DNA of 64,000 bases from Entomortierella parvispora E1425 (GCA_020891255.1 BQFW01000015.1:1550001-1614000), one strand, 5' to 3'; positions 46,442-57,198 are shown, counted from the first letter of the stretch. Numbers and translations: made by a program. Notes: a model not told the origin generated them from the sequence alone.

Positions 46442-49238
46442 TCAATGAACATGAACGATAATATCGTCGTATGGAGCTTCCTGCTTAGGGTGTAGAATTC
46501 CCATTGAAGAGAGAGCTATTGATAGTTGAACAGAAAAGGAGATCAATCAGTTTTGTACTTCGGATATGTGGGAAGGGTCTGAGCGGACTGAAGTGGCCAC
46601 AACTTACTCAAAATGTGATAGAACGCGTTCGCTGAAACATCGCGCCGTCCATGAATGGAAAATACGTCTGAAAATGAAAATGAGGTTGCAGCTCCCCCGG
46701 CATCCCGCAAAATCGAACGCACGAAATCCAAGAATTGACTTGTTTCTCGTTCAAGCGCAAGTCGTTCCTGGGTTAAGCCGGGGCCTTCTGCAAAACGACC
46801 CCCCTCATCCTGCGAGAGAGCCTGTTCGTGTCCACCGAGGGACCCAGTTTGTGAACCAGCCTCTCTTTCGCTGCTTCTTGGCCAGCCGGTGCGGTCTCGA
46901 GAAAGCGAGCGAGATTTTGAGCCAGAGCGAGAGCGAGCTATCCTTGGTCGTCGTCTGGCTTGAGCTCCATCTTCTGATTGCATCTCATCTTCGCTCTCCC
47001 ACTGTGGCCCTTGTCCAGCTGCTCGTGTTGTCCCGGCCGTTTGACCGAAAGCAGATTCAAAATCGTTCCAGTTCTGTTCAGAGCCAGAGCCATTCACCGA
47101 GGAGTCACTCTGGGCACCAGTGGTCACCAAGTAATCTGACCATGGCATGACTCCTCCAAAATGGCCGCTTCCAGAAACACCGCCGCCACCACCGCCTCCA
47201 ACGCCTAGGCCCACTGGGGTTCCTCCACTCTCAACACTGGGGTGCCGACGGCGGACCTCTGGCTCAAGAATGTCATATCCAAAATCATGCCCTACCCCAA
47301 GATCCATGTCGGCGAGCTGAAGAGACTGATACTGAGCTGGGATGTCGCGACCTGTTTTGCCCGCTCTTTTGTGCGCTTGAGTTTCGAATCCTGCATCGGC
47401 GAGGTTGGCTCTAAGTGACGTGCCTGCAGAATCCCAAAACTCATGCAACTCTGGAGCGCAATCTGCGAATGCAATTGGTTTTGATAGCATCCTTTCGATC
47501 CGAGCCTTAGCATCAGAAGTGGCCTGTTTCGTAGCAAGTTCACGGATCAACATAGCCTGGTGTCCCATAAAGTGTTCTTGGCCCTCTAACAGTTCCTCGC
47601 GTGAGAGCATGGTATTTTCATCGATGACCAGGCCGAGGGACTTTGTCTGTCGAGAGCCGATTCGGGCTCGTTTCTGAACATCATCCCTGTTGGCTTCAGG
47701 GTATAGGTGTCCTTGGTCATCTCCCCCAAGATCTTCTAGATCAACTTCGCCCACGAGAGATGGGACGACTTGAGCCTCAGACATAGGGTCTTGTTCGCCT
47801 GGTCTCTTTCGTTTTCCAAGATTGACTTCCAACTCAGGCAGAGTTGTCTCCATTCCTTCGTCGATGACAGGAAATCCTTCCTCGGGCATGTAATCCACAA
47901 GGTTTCCATCGGCATCAAAGTAAAGACTGGAAAAGCTCCATTGTCAATAACGAAAATAGAGTCTATGCTCATCTGCAAGAAAAATCACACTTTGGCAGAA
48001 TAGAACAGCATACCCGTGATCTTCGCTCAGGAGAGCATCGTCCGGTAAGTTGAAGTGAAATTTCTCATTGGAATCCGATCCTGGCTCTGTGGGTCGTTCG
48101 TCCAAGGTGATAGTTCGCCGTCGTTCATCGGAAGGTATAGCAATGACCACTAAGGGATTGGGGTTTGTGAATGTCAGTCCTTTTTTTTTACCCACATTGT
48201 TCTTTACGAGCTGATCAATTCAACTTACACTCAGAATGGACTGATGGAGTATCAGACTCGTCGTTTCCCAAGTCAAAGGTAAGGTGATCTGTCCATCCAA
48301 ACTCGACAGCCAACTCCTTCCTTCGGCTATGACGCTACGGTAGGAGAGGACTTGTGAGCAAATGTGCAGGACTCTGCGAAAAAAACAACCTTATATGTTT
48401 ACGAACTTACAGCAACTTCGAAGTCTAGGTCATGAGTAGCCCACATAGGTCTTGCGATAGTCTTTTCGATTTCCAAATCATACTCAAAAGTCACTGCGTC
48501 CAACCTGATGACAATGAAGAAGCGCGCCGAATGTCAGAGTCTAAAAAGCCAAGCAATCAACAAATGAGAGTTGCTTGTCTTACCGTGATTCTGGATTGAT
48601 CATGTCCAGATTGGCGGACTGCACCAATGCTAGGTCCTTCTTCAGTCGCATCCAAGTGTTGTTGACTTCACCTAATAAGATTGTCACGCAAAGTACCAAC
48701 GAGGCCAGCCGTGAGTAAAATCAGAGATGCAGATCCATTGCAGATCAAGCGGTCGCTCTTCGCATACCATAGTAAAAGTTGTACTGTTGGTTGTAGACGC
48801 GAATGACTCCCACCATTAGATTAGAGGAAAGCCGCAGAGCAAAAGGTTCCACAGGCTGAGATATGTCTTTGCTGTTTGATCAACAAGTCGTCCCAATCGC
48901 ATGCCGCGTTCGAGTTGTAGCACGATGAGAATGGGATTGAGGGGCTATTTCATCAGTGTCGTGGCAGCAAAAAGCCAGCTGAGGCAACACACACGTAAGA
49001 GGCACATACCATGTTTTCACTATGTCGACTTTGTTGACCTCCTTCTTGGACATTTTACTGACGCGAGAGCCGATGGTAGCAGCAAGCCTGTTGTTCAAAG
49101 AGCAACTCGGTTGAGAGGGTTGCATTTTCAGGAAAAAACAAAACGCGAAGTGGAGAGGACACAGGGGTTTCAAGGCGCGTACCAGATCAAACCAAGTTGT
49201 GTGTCCTTGCGCGTTAGGATCTCCTTGCTGTAGAACAT
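46442..49238 (-). CDS. REC8: Meiotic cohesin kleisin REC8, multi-exon
   Basis: N-domain MFYSKEILT...LGLIWLAATIG...PFALRLSSNLMVGVIRVYNQQY matches my recollection of S. pombe Rec8 (ALRLSSNLMIGV) better than Rad21 (ALRTSGHLLLG). C-terminal winged helix RRDVSANAFYHILT|LSSMGILHPKQEAPYDDI. Confidence 0.85.
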
Positions 49239-49443
49239 GACTCCCGAGTTGACGGAGGGACAAGGACTTGGGGGTTATGGGTCGCTTGGTGAAAGGGCGA
49301 ACGTGAGAAACGATCCTGCGGGAAGAAAGAAAAGCAGCAAAGACAAGGACATCATGTGATCCTTGCCACCAACCCAAAAAAAAAAAAAAAAAAAAAAAAA
49401 AAGGACGCTTCTCCCTCTCTCTGCTACTGCTCACTGTCCCGGG

Positions 49444-49463
49444 ACGCGCGTGGCGCATCGCGT
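49444..49463. promoter_or_regulatory. MCB-like CGCG elements (ACGCGCGT, TCGCGT) upstream of REC8
   Basis: Two CGCG-core motifs 206-225 bp upstream of the REC8 ATG. Function is inferred from yeast MBF-regulated cohesin genes. Confidence 0.35.
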
Positions 49464-49594
49464 TGCTCCTCGGCCATTGAAACTGTCGACTGGTGGCACC
49501 CGCATTGGCTCAGGTAGGCTCTCTCGGGCATCTGTCGCCCCAGGTGTTGTCCTTTGATAGCCACCGTTTGTCATTTTGTGCCGGTTGCTTACAG

Positions 49595-49897
49595 TGTTGA
49601 TGGCCAGGACGGTACGATACACCCTTAAGTAGAACCACTATATGTAGTTGCTCGCACGGCGTGGCCCTCTGCTCTTTATCCGTCTTATTCCACATTGATC
49701 GATACTGACAGAGGCCAGCACGGCGACCCTTAGGTAGCCCTCTCGTTATTTATTATTACCAATACATGATCCGTCTTATTCCACATTGATCGATACTGAC
49801 AGAGGCCAGCACGGCGACCCTTAGTCTGATTCTCACTCGTCACCTAGGATTGCCATATCCCGCACAGCGCCCCTCAAGCCTGCCCCCGTACGCAACA
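49595..49897 (+). repeat. 5' LTR (303 bp) containing a 56-bp direct repeat (49678-49733 and 49769-49824)
   Basis: TG...CA termini with a 5-bp terminal inverted repeat. Matches 53268-53570. Confidence 0.97.
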
Positions 49898-49903
49898 GTC
49901 TTT

Positions 49904-49920
49904 TGGTGATCTACGCAGGG
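49904..49920 (+). other. Primer-binding site candidate TGGTGATCTACGCAGGG
   Basis: Reverse complement CCCTGC-GTAGATC-A-CCA has the layout of a tRNA 3' end (T-stem strand, acceptor strand, A73, CCA). It lies 6 nt from the LTR. Confidence 0.65.
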
Positions 49921-49933
49921 GAGGGAAGGGACG

Positions 49934-52900
49934 ATGGTGAAAACAGATTTGTTAAAGGCGTTGACCGATGAGATCCCGAAGTGGCCCATAGCCAATAAGA
50001 AGGGAACCGAAGCTTCCGCTCGAGCATGGATCCGCGAGCTAGGAGACTTTTGGGCCGACGAAGGATTTTCGTTCCAGCTGTATGTGGTTCGGAGCAAGTT
50101 AGACGACCCCACGAAGAGTTGGTTGGCATGGTGGAGACACGCTGTCCCCGAGAATGAACAGAACTGGACCAAGTTAGTAAAGGATTTCGCGCAAGAACAT
50201 GTCCAGGAACGTACCCCCGCCACGACCAAAGCAGAGATTATGAGAATGACCCAAGGAGACAAAGAGCCTTCGGACGACTACGTTAAACGGTTGGAGCTGA
50301 AGTTAGCAATGCTGCCGAAGGACGAGGATGGGAAATACAAACTGAGTCCAGATGAAGAGGAGATGATCGCCCTTCAGTTTTGTACCGGTCTCCATCGCGA
50401 TCACAAGTTCAAGACGAGGAACACAGAGCCATCCAAGACTATTGCCGAAACGATCAAGAATGTATCCAAGCTGGGAGAGGTCAACCGCTGGGAGGACGTT
50501 CCCGACAGGCAGCGTGAGCTGAGAGATAGGAACTGGTCGGAAGAGACTCCAAGCCAAGGAGACAATATTTTGTTGGGTACCACGTCGGTATCGCGACCGC
50601 AGTTCGCTCGCTTCAAGAACGATTTCGGGAAAGAAGTTATCAACAATGCATCAGATATTGACGACTTGGTCAAGTTGTTTGGGGCCTGGACAATCACCGA
50701 CTTCACCGAAACCAAGCCAGAGAACCGAGTTACTGAAGCGATCAAGCGGCTCGATGTCAACGTTGCCCGAAGAGTACTTCACAACACTTCGTTATCGAGG
50801 CATGTGTCGTTGGCGAACATCCCGCCGCCGCCCGCGCCTCCCATACAAGGTAATCCGAACAGTGGAGCGGCTGTAGTCCTGGGGGGGTCTTATCCACCTT
50901 GCCCCGAATGCAACCAGATGGGACATGGGCGAACCCGTTGCCCCCGAGTGGAATGTCGCAATTGTGGCCAGCTGGGTCATATTTCGTATAACTGTCCAAA
51001 CAACAGAGCGAACACAACGGTTGCACAAACAGAGCTGAATTCGAGAGCAGAGCAAGATTCGTCGAGGCGGGTTCGATTTGTTAATGGAGACGAAACCACT
51101 AGTACTCTTGTGACCACGAGAGCCACGGGACGAACAGCACCAGTTTCAGGGACTCTGCAAAGAAATAGTGCAGATCGGAGCAGTGTGCCAACGGGGATAG
51201 GATCCCAGAGGAGAGCCGAGACCGCAGGGGTAGCGCCACCTATTCGAAGAATGGATGTGGACCCAGAGGTCGAACAGGAACAACCACAGGAGGGACCCCA
51301 GATGCCGAGAAAGCTAAAGATCAAGGAGATTGCCGCAATGAAGTTGAGGAAAGTTCGCATTCCAGTTGTGCCAGACCCCGAGATCATACGACAAGTCGAA
51401 GAGTTAGAATTCGACCCTGAGATCGTGGACAAGCACCGAGGAAGGATGGCCCCACAATTGAAGGCTGCCATAGGAGCGATTTGGACGGAGCGTCGAAACA
51501 AACGCAAGGTTGCCAAGGAGAAGCGAGGAGTAACGTTCGCGAATCGCGCCAGTGTTCAAGCGGGAGACCAGGTTACGGCATGGATAGGCCACCACCGATT
51601 GGACAACTGCATTGTCGACCCAGGCAACGAGAAGACAATGATTTCAGAGCATGCTGCCAGGCAAGTTGGTCTGGAGGTGCGTGCCACCGTAAACCAGATC
51701 AGACAGGCCGACGGGAAACCTATTTCCTTGGTGGGCACTACCGGACAATTTACATTCTCGGTAGCTGGCACCGAGGTAGAGATGAGTAGAGGTATGAACG
51801 TCATCGACTGCAAGCGATCGTATGATATGTTGCTTGGTGACGACTGGCTGAAAGCTGTCCGTGCGAAAGGGAAGTGGACCAGCAACGCTGTGGCATACTA
51901 CGTCACTCGGAATGGCAAGAAGGTCAAGCTAGGAATCGACCCCACTTTCGAGAGTAGCGATGACTCGAGCAGTGACGACTCAGGTAGCGAGGACGACGAC
52001 AATATCTACCCGGTTTTTGACGAAGACGACGAAGTCGAGCAAGGCCACTCGTTGCGAGTGCAAGAGGTCCAGGTCGAGAGCAATGGAGTGATAGACGTCG
52101 TGAAGGAGTTGTCCCCCGAACAGCACAGTGAGGTCGACGTACTATTAGAGTGCAACAAAGACCGATTCACCATGGATCTGAGCGAGTTGGAGGTCACCGA
52201 CGTGTTTGAGCGTGAGATGAATGTCAGACCAGGGGCAAAACCGATCTATCCCACCGGATGCAGACAGTACGCGCCGAAGGAAAAAGAATACACGAAAAAG
52301 AATCTCGACGAGGAATTAGAGACTAGCAGGATCATTCCTACGGAATCTGAATGGTGCGCACCCTTGTCCTTTGCACCAAAGGAAGATGGCAACATTCGGA
52401 AGTGTGTCGCGTATATCGGATTGAGCAAAGTAACCGAGCGAGGAAGCTGGCTCATCAGAGACAAGACGGCCGGGAGCGTTACCACAGTATTGTTCCAGCG
52501 CGTCCTTTGCAGATTTGATATGCCTGACACCATTCGAACAGATGGTGGATCAGCGTTCAGGACCGAGTTCAAAACAATATGTGAGCTGTCCGACACCCAA
52601 CACTTTGTGGGGTCCACAAAAGAAGCACACAGCCAGGGGTCAGTGGAAGCGATGAATAAGCAGCTAGAAGAGAGATTGAGACTGACCTCCAGAGTGCCGC
52701 AGAACCAGCTGGACCAGTATTTGCCGCAGGCTGTGCCCGACATCGACAACCACGTTGAGGCAGCAACAGGAATGTCCCCGATGCAAGCGCTGATGGGATA
52801 CATCGGGCAGTCGGCGTTGAGCCGACACCTGGCGCAACAATGGCAAGAGGCAGCCCCTATTGCTGAGCAGTTGACTGAAGACCGAGAAGTGATGGCCAGA

Positions 52901-53305
52901 TTTGCCTGTCAACGAGAAGGCATCCAGGAACAAGCGTATCTGAACCGTCTCAAGGCTAATGAGTGGACGAAGAGGTACTGCGACCTGAACGTTCGACCTG
53001 CCTCCTTCGAGGTTGGAGAACAAGTATGGGTGTATAACCTATCTATCACGTCTGGATTTGGCCGCCAGTGGACACCGCGTTGGTTAGGACCATTCAAGGT
53101 AGCATGGGTAGGAAAGGCAGGGTCCTACGGCGTGCGCACGGGAGGACCAAATTATGATATTATTAATGGTGTGGAAAAGTTGAATAGAGATATGTTAAAG
53201 AGGTGGTGGGAAGAAGAGCGCATTGAAGATGTGAACTGCCAGAGGCCGGGTTCACATCTTGGGGGGGTGTTGATGGCCAGGACGGTACGATACACCCTTA
53301 AGTAG
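49934..53305 (+). CDS. 1123-aa Gag-protease-deltaPol polyprotein of the LTR element
   Basis: Capsid major homology region MTQGDKEPSDDYVKRL, two CCHC knuckles (50900-50995), protease IVDPGN...LLGDDW, an RT N-terminal remnant ending RKCVAYIGLSKVTERGSW fused to integrase IRDKTA...RTDGG...GSVE, and GPF motif WLGPFKV. No YxDD, RNase H or HHCC. Confidence 0.93.
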   Translation: MVKTDLLKALTDEIPKWPIANKKGTEASARAWIRELGDFWADEGFSFQLYVVRSKLDDPTKSWLAWWRHAVPENEQNWTKLVKDFAQEHVQERTPATTKAEIMRMTQGDKEPSDDYVKRLELKLAMLPKDEDGKYKLSPDEEEMIALQFCTGLHRDHKFKTRNTEPSKTIAETIKNVSKLGEVNRWEDVPDRQRELRDRNWSEETPSQGDNILLGTTSVSRPQFARFKNDFGKEVINNASDIDDLVKLFGAWTITDFTETKPENRVTEAIKRLDVNVARRVLHNTSLSRHVSLANIPPPPAPPIQGNPNSGAAVVLGGSYPPCPECNQMGHGRTRCPRVECRNCGQLGHISYNCPNNRANTTVAQTELNSRAEQDSSRRVRFVNGDETTSTLVTTRATGRTAPVSGTLQRNSADRSSVPTGIGSQRRAETAGVAPPIRRMDVDPEVEQEQPQEGPQMPRKLKIKEIAAMKLRKVRIPVVPDPEIIRQVEELEFDPEIVDKHRGRMAPQLKAAIGAIWTERRNKRKVAKEKRGVTFANRASVQAGDQVTAWIGHHRLDNCIVDPGNEKTMISEHAARQVGLEVRATVNQIRQADGKPISLVGTTGQFTFSVAGTEVEMSRGMNVIDCKRSYDMLLGDDWLKAVRAKGKWTSNAVAYYVTRNGKKVKLGIDPTFESSDDSSSDDSGSEDDDNIYPVFDEDDEVEQGHSLRVQEVQVESNGVIDVVKELSPEQHSEVDVLLECNKDRFTMDLSELEVTDVFEREMNVRPGAKPIYPTGCRQYAPKEKEYTKKNLDEELETSRIIPTESEWCAPLSFAPKEDGNIRKCVAYIGLSKVTERGSWLIRDKTAGSVTTVLFQRVLCRFDMPDTIRTDGGSAFRTEFKTICELSDTQHFVGSTKEAHSQGSVEAMNKQLEERLRLTSRVPQNQLDQYLPQAVPDIDNHVEAATGMSPMQALMGYIGQSALSRHLAQQWQEAAPIAEQLTEDREVMARFACQREGIQEQAYLNRLKANEWTKRYCDLNVRPASFEVGEQVWVYNLSITSGFGRQWTPRWLGPFKVAWVGKAGSYGVRTGGPNYDIINGVEKLNRDMLKRWWEEERIEDVNCQRPGSHLGGVLMARTVRYTLK

Positions 53306-53570
53306 AACCACTATATGTAGTTGCTCGCACGGCGTGGCCCTCTGCTCTTTATCCGTCTTATTCCACATTGATCGATACTGACAGAGGCCAGCACGGCGAC
53401 CCTTAGGTAGCCCTCTCGTTATTTATTATTACCAATACATGATCCGTCTTATTCCACATTGATCGATACTGACAGAGGCCAGCACGGCGACCCTTAGTCT
53501 GATTCTCACTCGTCACCTAGGATTGCCATATCCCGCACAGCGCCCCTCAAGCCTGCCCCCGTACGCAACA
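53268..53570 (+). repeat. 3' LTR (303 bp)
   Basis: Base-by-base comparison with the 5' LTR showed no differences. Confidence 0.97.
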
Positions 53571-54217
53571 ACAGCTGTGCTCTTTTCGCTCAGATACAGC
53601 CATGCAGCGAGGAGAAGTGAGAAAAAGGACTACAGAGAGAGGGAGGGTAAACATGGGCCGATGGTCGACGTTGGTCTTCTTCTCTTCTTTCATTTGTCTC
53701 TCGTCTCCGTTCTCCGTGCAGCACAGGTGCAGCGATTGCTCTGACCTCTACCCATTTTTATATTTCCACACATTACAGTTCTCCTGATTTTCGGATTGCA
53801 GAGCACTGCACAACCCCCTTGACAAGGAAGGAAGGCAAACCAAAGAGAAAAAGGAACCAGTTTGACCCTCCCTTTGCATTCATATCTCGACTGCAATGGA
53901 AGCTGCTGGGTCGGTGTCCATATCGATCCCAACCCCACCCCACCTCTTTTTTTTTTTTTTTTTTTTTTTTCCCTTGTTGTTCGTTATTTCTCAACTATAA
54001 TACCCTCTTGTTCACAATTGGCCTTTACTCCAAATGAATCTTGTCCTTCGCACTCCATGCCATCCACGCCTGTCTCAGAACTGAATAGTTTGTCTTCCAT
54101 CTCTGCCAACTATCATCTCAACCGAGCCTTGCGACAATACCTTGCGACAGTCCTGCACATCCCGTCACCACCCTAACCCTGCGTCCTCTTCCCGCTGTAA
54201 AAAATTTGACATACATC

Positions 54218-56661
54218 ATGCTCTCTTCAGATATCGCCACCACCCTCCAAGAGGACCAAAGTGTGACCCCTCCTTCAGCTCTTAATCCTTACTCGCCCTC
54301 ATCAGAGACAGAAACATCCCGAAGTGTAGCACCTTCTGCGCCTGCGCCTCTCACTGTCGAAGCACAGTCCACGCAGCCGCCCCAGGAAGTGTCATCACCC
54401 ACAAAGCCTAATTCTTCTGACAATGCACCAAAATTCAGGAAGCGCAAGCGGCCACGTCTCGACATCATGTCTCGCAGCTTTGATATTCTTCATCTCATAT
54501 TTCAGAAACTCAAAGAAGGACAGGAAGACGAGGACGACTGCTGTGATATGATCTCGTCGCAAAATTCCTTGGCACACGATTGTTCGGGAACAAGGAGCAT
54601 GGCCAAGAACCCATTCGAATCAACTACCATTCATAAGGGACCTCATGCAGCAGCCACGTGCATTGCTGTGTCGACCATGGCCAAGAATCGTTCTCATGAT
54701 CATGTGCAGGATGCTTTCTCAAAGATCTGTCAGGTCAATCGAGCATTCGCCAAAGTGGGACTTCCCTTTCTTTGGGAGAGTCCTCGAATTCGGACCAGTC
54801 GTCAACTGGACAGATTCGCGTATACATTGGAGCAACGAGGATTCAAATACTACGACTACCTACACGATATTGTCATTCGCCAAGGATCAGTCCCTGACGC
54901 GAATCACGAAAGTCTTTGGTGGGGTCATGCAAGGGTCCGCGCCATCCTGTTCAAGATCGCGACCCATTGTGGAGACCGACTGAGATTCGTGGATTGTAAC
55001 TGGGCTGGGTCCGCTTTTGATCATAAGCTCATGAAGACGTTGAGCGAATCTTCGACTGTGTTTGCGTGCTTGAAATACTTGCGCCTCGAACCACTTCAGA
55101 TGCCATCCAAGGAACGATCACTGAACGAGAAAGATTTCAATGCCCTCATGAACTGTTGCCCACACCTCGAAACTCTTGAATTAGAGGAAGGGTACGAAGT
55201 TTCGGATCGATCCATGATCCATCTACTCATGGTTTGTGAGAAACTGTTGCACCTCACTTTTCCATCTTGTGGTCTCTTTGGCTGGGTTGACGCCATTGAA
55301 ATGGGCTTTGGGGACAGTCTGCGGTCTCTAAAGATATATGACAGTACCTGCGAGTCCTATCTCCTCTCCTCCTCCTCCTCAGTCTCCCTTTATTCTTCCT
55401 CCTCATCTTCGTCCTCAATCTCGATTCGGACACCCACACTCCCTTACGAGTACCCGGCCATGGGGTGTTACTCTTTCCGCAAAGCCAGCCTTCCTAATCT
55501 CGAGACCTTGAACCTCGAGACTACTGGACCAAGATTCATTCGGGCCATCCTCACAAAGCCTCGACTACCAGCTCTGCGATCCCTTCGGATCCCCCACGCC
55601 TCTAACGAGATCATTACAATTCTTGCGAGCGGTTTAGCATCTCAACTGACCTTTTTTGAGACCAAACTAGATGAAACTGCGGACGCGGAGGCCTTTCAGC
55701 GTTTTTCAAACAATATGACCATGCCAACCGCAGCTCAAACCTTGGATTGCAGTCCTGGACCGGTCTTGGGCTTGATCGGTCGAACTATCACCACTCTTTC
55801 CGCCAACAGTTCCCTCCGACTTTTGGACACGATCGCCGAGAGCTGTCCAAATTTGGAAGATTTGACTCTATGGGGAGGAAGCGTTTCGAGGAATCCACCT
55901 TACCCAAGAGGGAGTGCCCGTTCAGCCGATCCACAGAGTGGAATGATTTACTTGATCGAGATGTGCCCTATCAAGCGGTTGAGGCTCGTGAACGCGTATT
56001 TGGGATTGGGACCTCCGTTTTGGCAAGCCTGCGGAGAATTTGGAAAAAAGATCAGGGTGCTAGATATTGAACTCTTGGATTGCAAAGGGATGAATGCTTG
56101 GGGCATGTTTGAAGGACTGAGCCAATGCAAAAACCTGCGCTGGTTGCGATTAACAGAGCTTTTGGGAGTCCAAAAAGAGGTATATTCATTGATCTGAACC
56201 GCATGGGCCACCGTGAGAAGGGGTTTGCTGTTGTTTTTGATTTGAGAATGGAACGCTGACGATATTCTTCGTTTCTCTTTCATTGGTATGGGCAGATCAT
56301 GGTGGCCGGCCTCGTATGTCTAAAACGACTTTCCGCCCTTCATCTGAGCATTCCTGATCGAGAAGTCGGCCGGTTCTCAATGACGATGGAAGAGATTGCC
56401 GAGTTTCTGTCTCATTTCTCAGACCTCTCGGAAGTGGACTTGATCATGCCCAAGCCCTGGCCCAACTCGGCCTCGACCACGCCACGGACATCCATGGATC
56501 TGAGCGAGCGCAAAAAGGAGCAGAAGCAGCAGCAACGATATCGACAATATGGAGGACTATCGTTTGCACGCGCAGAGCCGACCATGGTCTTCAAGGACGT
56601 GTTTGGACAAAACATCTACGGCAATGTGGAGTGGTCTGCACCCATGTTTTCGTACTATTGA
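54218..56661 (+). CDS. F-box-like / RNI-like LRR protein; intron ~56179-56296; possible extra upstream exon 54057-54087
   Basis: Interrupted F-box (FDILHLIFQKL...ICQVNRAFAKVGLPFLWESP) and repeated LRR motifs (CPHLETLEL, LPNLETLNL, CPNLEDLTL, CKNLRWLRL). Confidence 0.8.
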
Positions 56662-57198
56662 ACGATGAGACGCATTGGCGACGAAGAGGTTATTAAAATG
56701 ACAAAACACAAACGCGAGCTCCATGAGCTCCACTTTTCAAGGTTTGCACATCAAAAGAAAAAAGTACGAGCTGTGACATGAAACGCATCCTGGTAGCTAA
56801 GCGCGTCCAGGTCGGATCAGAATTACCCTTTTAAAGTGCACAGGAGAACAGCAAAGAGGCTATTGCCACTCATCTTTGACCAAGTCGGGTGCTGGATGCT
56901 GGTGTGGCATGTCATTTTTTGCCAAATGGGCACAGAGGTTTTGCCATCAGAGCCGGTGCTTCCTCCACTGTTCATTTCTTTACTGCACTTACATAAAGGT
57001 AAAGTCGTTGGAAGGCGGCAGGAGTGCACCGCATCGTAATAAAAAACCACGCCATTCTCTTTCGTCTCTTTCTCTCTCCTTTTCACAATTACTTTCTTTT
57101 CTTGGGTATATTGGTTGCTCTTTCACAGCAACGACGGATAATCCTCCATCCTTTAATACTTTCCCTCCCCCACCAGCATCCCCCAAACAACTTTCAAT

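Larger units (their letters stand above)
49595..53570 (+). mobile_element. Ty3/Gypsy LTR retrotransposon, non-autonomous internal-deletion derivative, recent insertion
   Basis: Two 303-bp LTRs (TGTTG...CAACA) that appear identical by eye, 4-bp TSD ACAG (49591-49594 and 53571-53574), PBS-like TGG motif at 49904, G7 PPT at 53261-53267, and gag-PR-(RT remnant)-IN order. Confidence 0.97.

Noticed and set aside
46442-49238. RAD21/SCC1 rather than REC8
   Set aside because: The N-domain ALRLSSNLMVGVIRVYNQQY fits Rec8 better than the Rad21 ALRTSGHLLLGVVRIY pattern.
49678-49824. Repeat-spacer-repeat as a CRISPR array
   Set aside because: Only two 56-bp units per LTR, the same spacer in both LTRs, eukaryotic context and no cas genes.
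49934-53305. Domesticated Gag gene (Arc/PNMA-like)
   Set aside because: It is flanked by apparently identical LTRs, a PBS, a PPT and a TSD, so it is a recent mobile insertion rather than a host gene.
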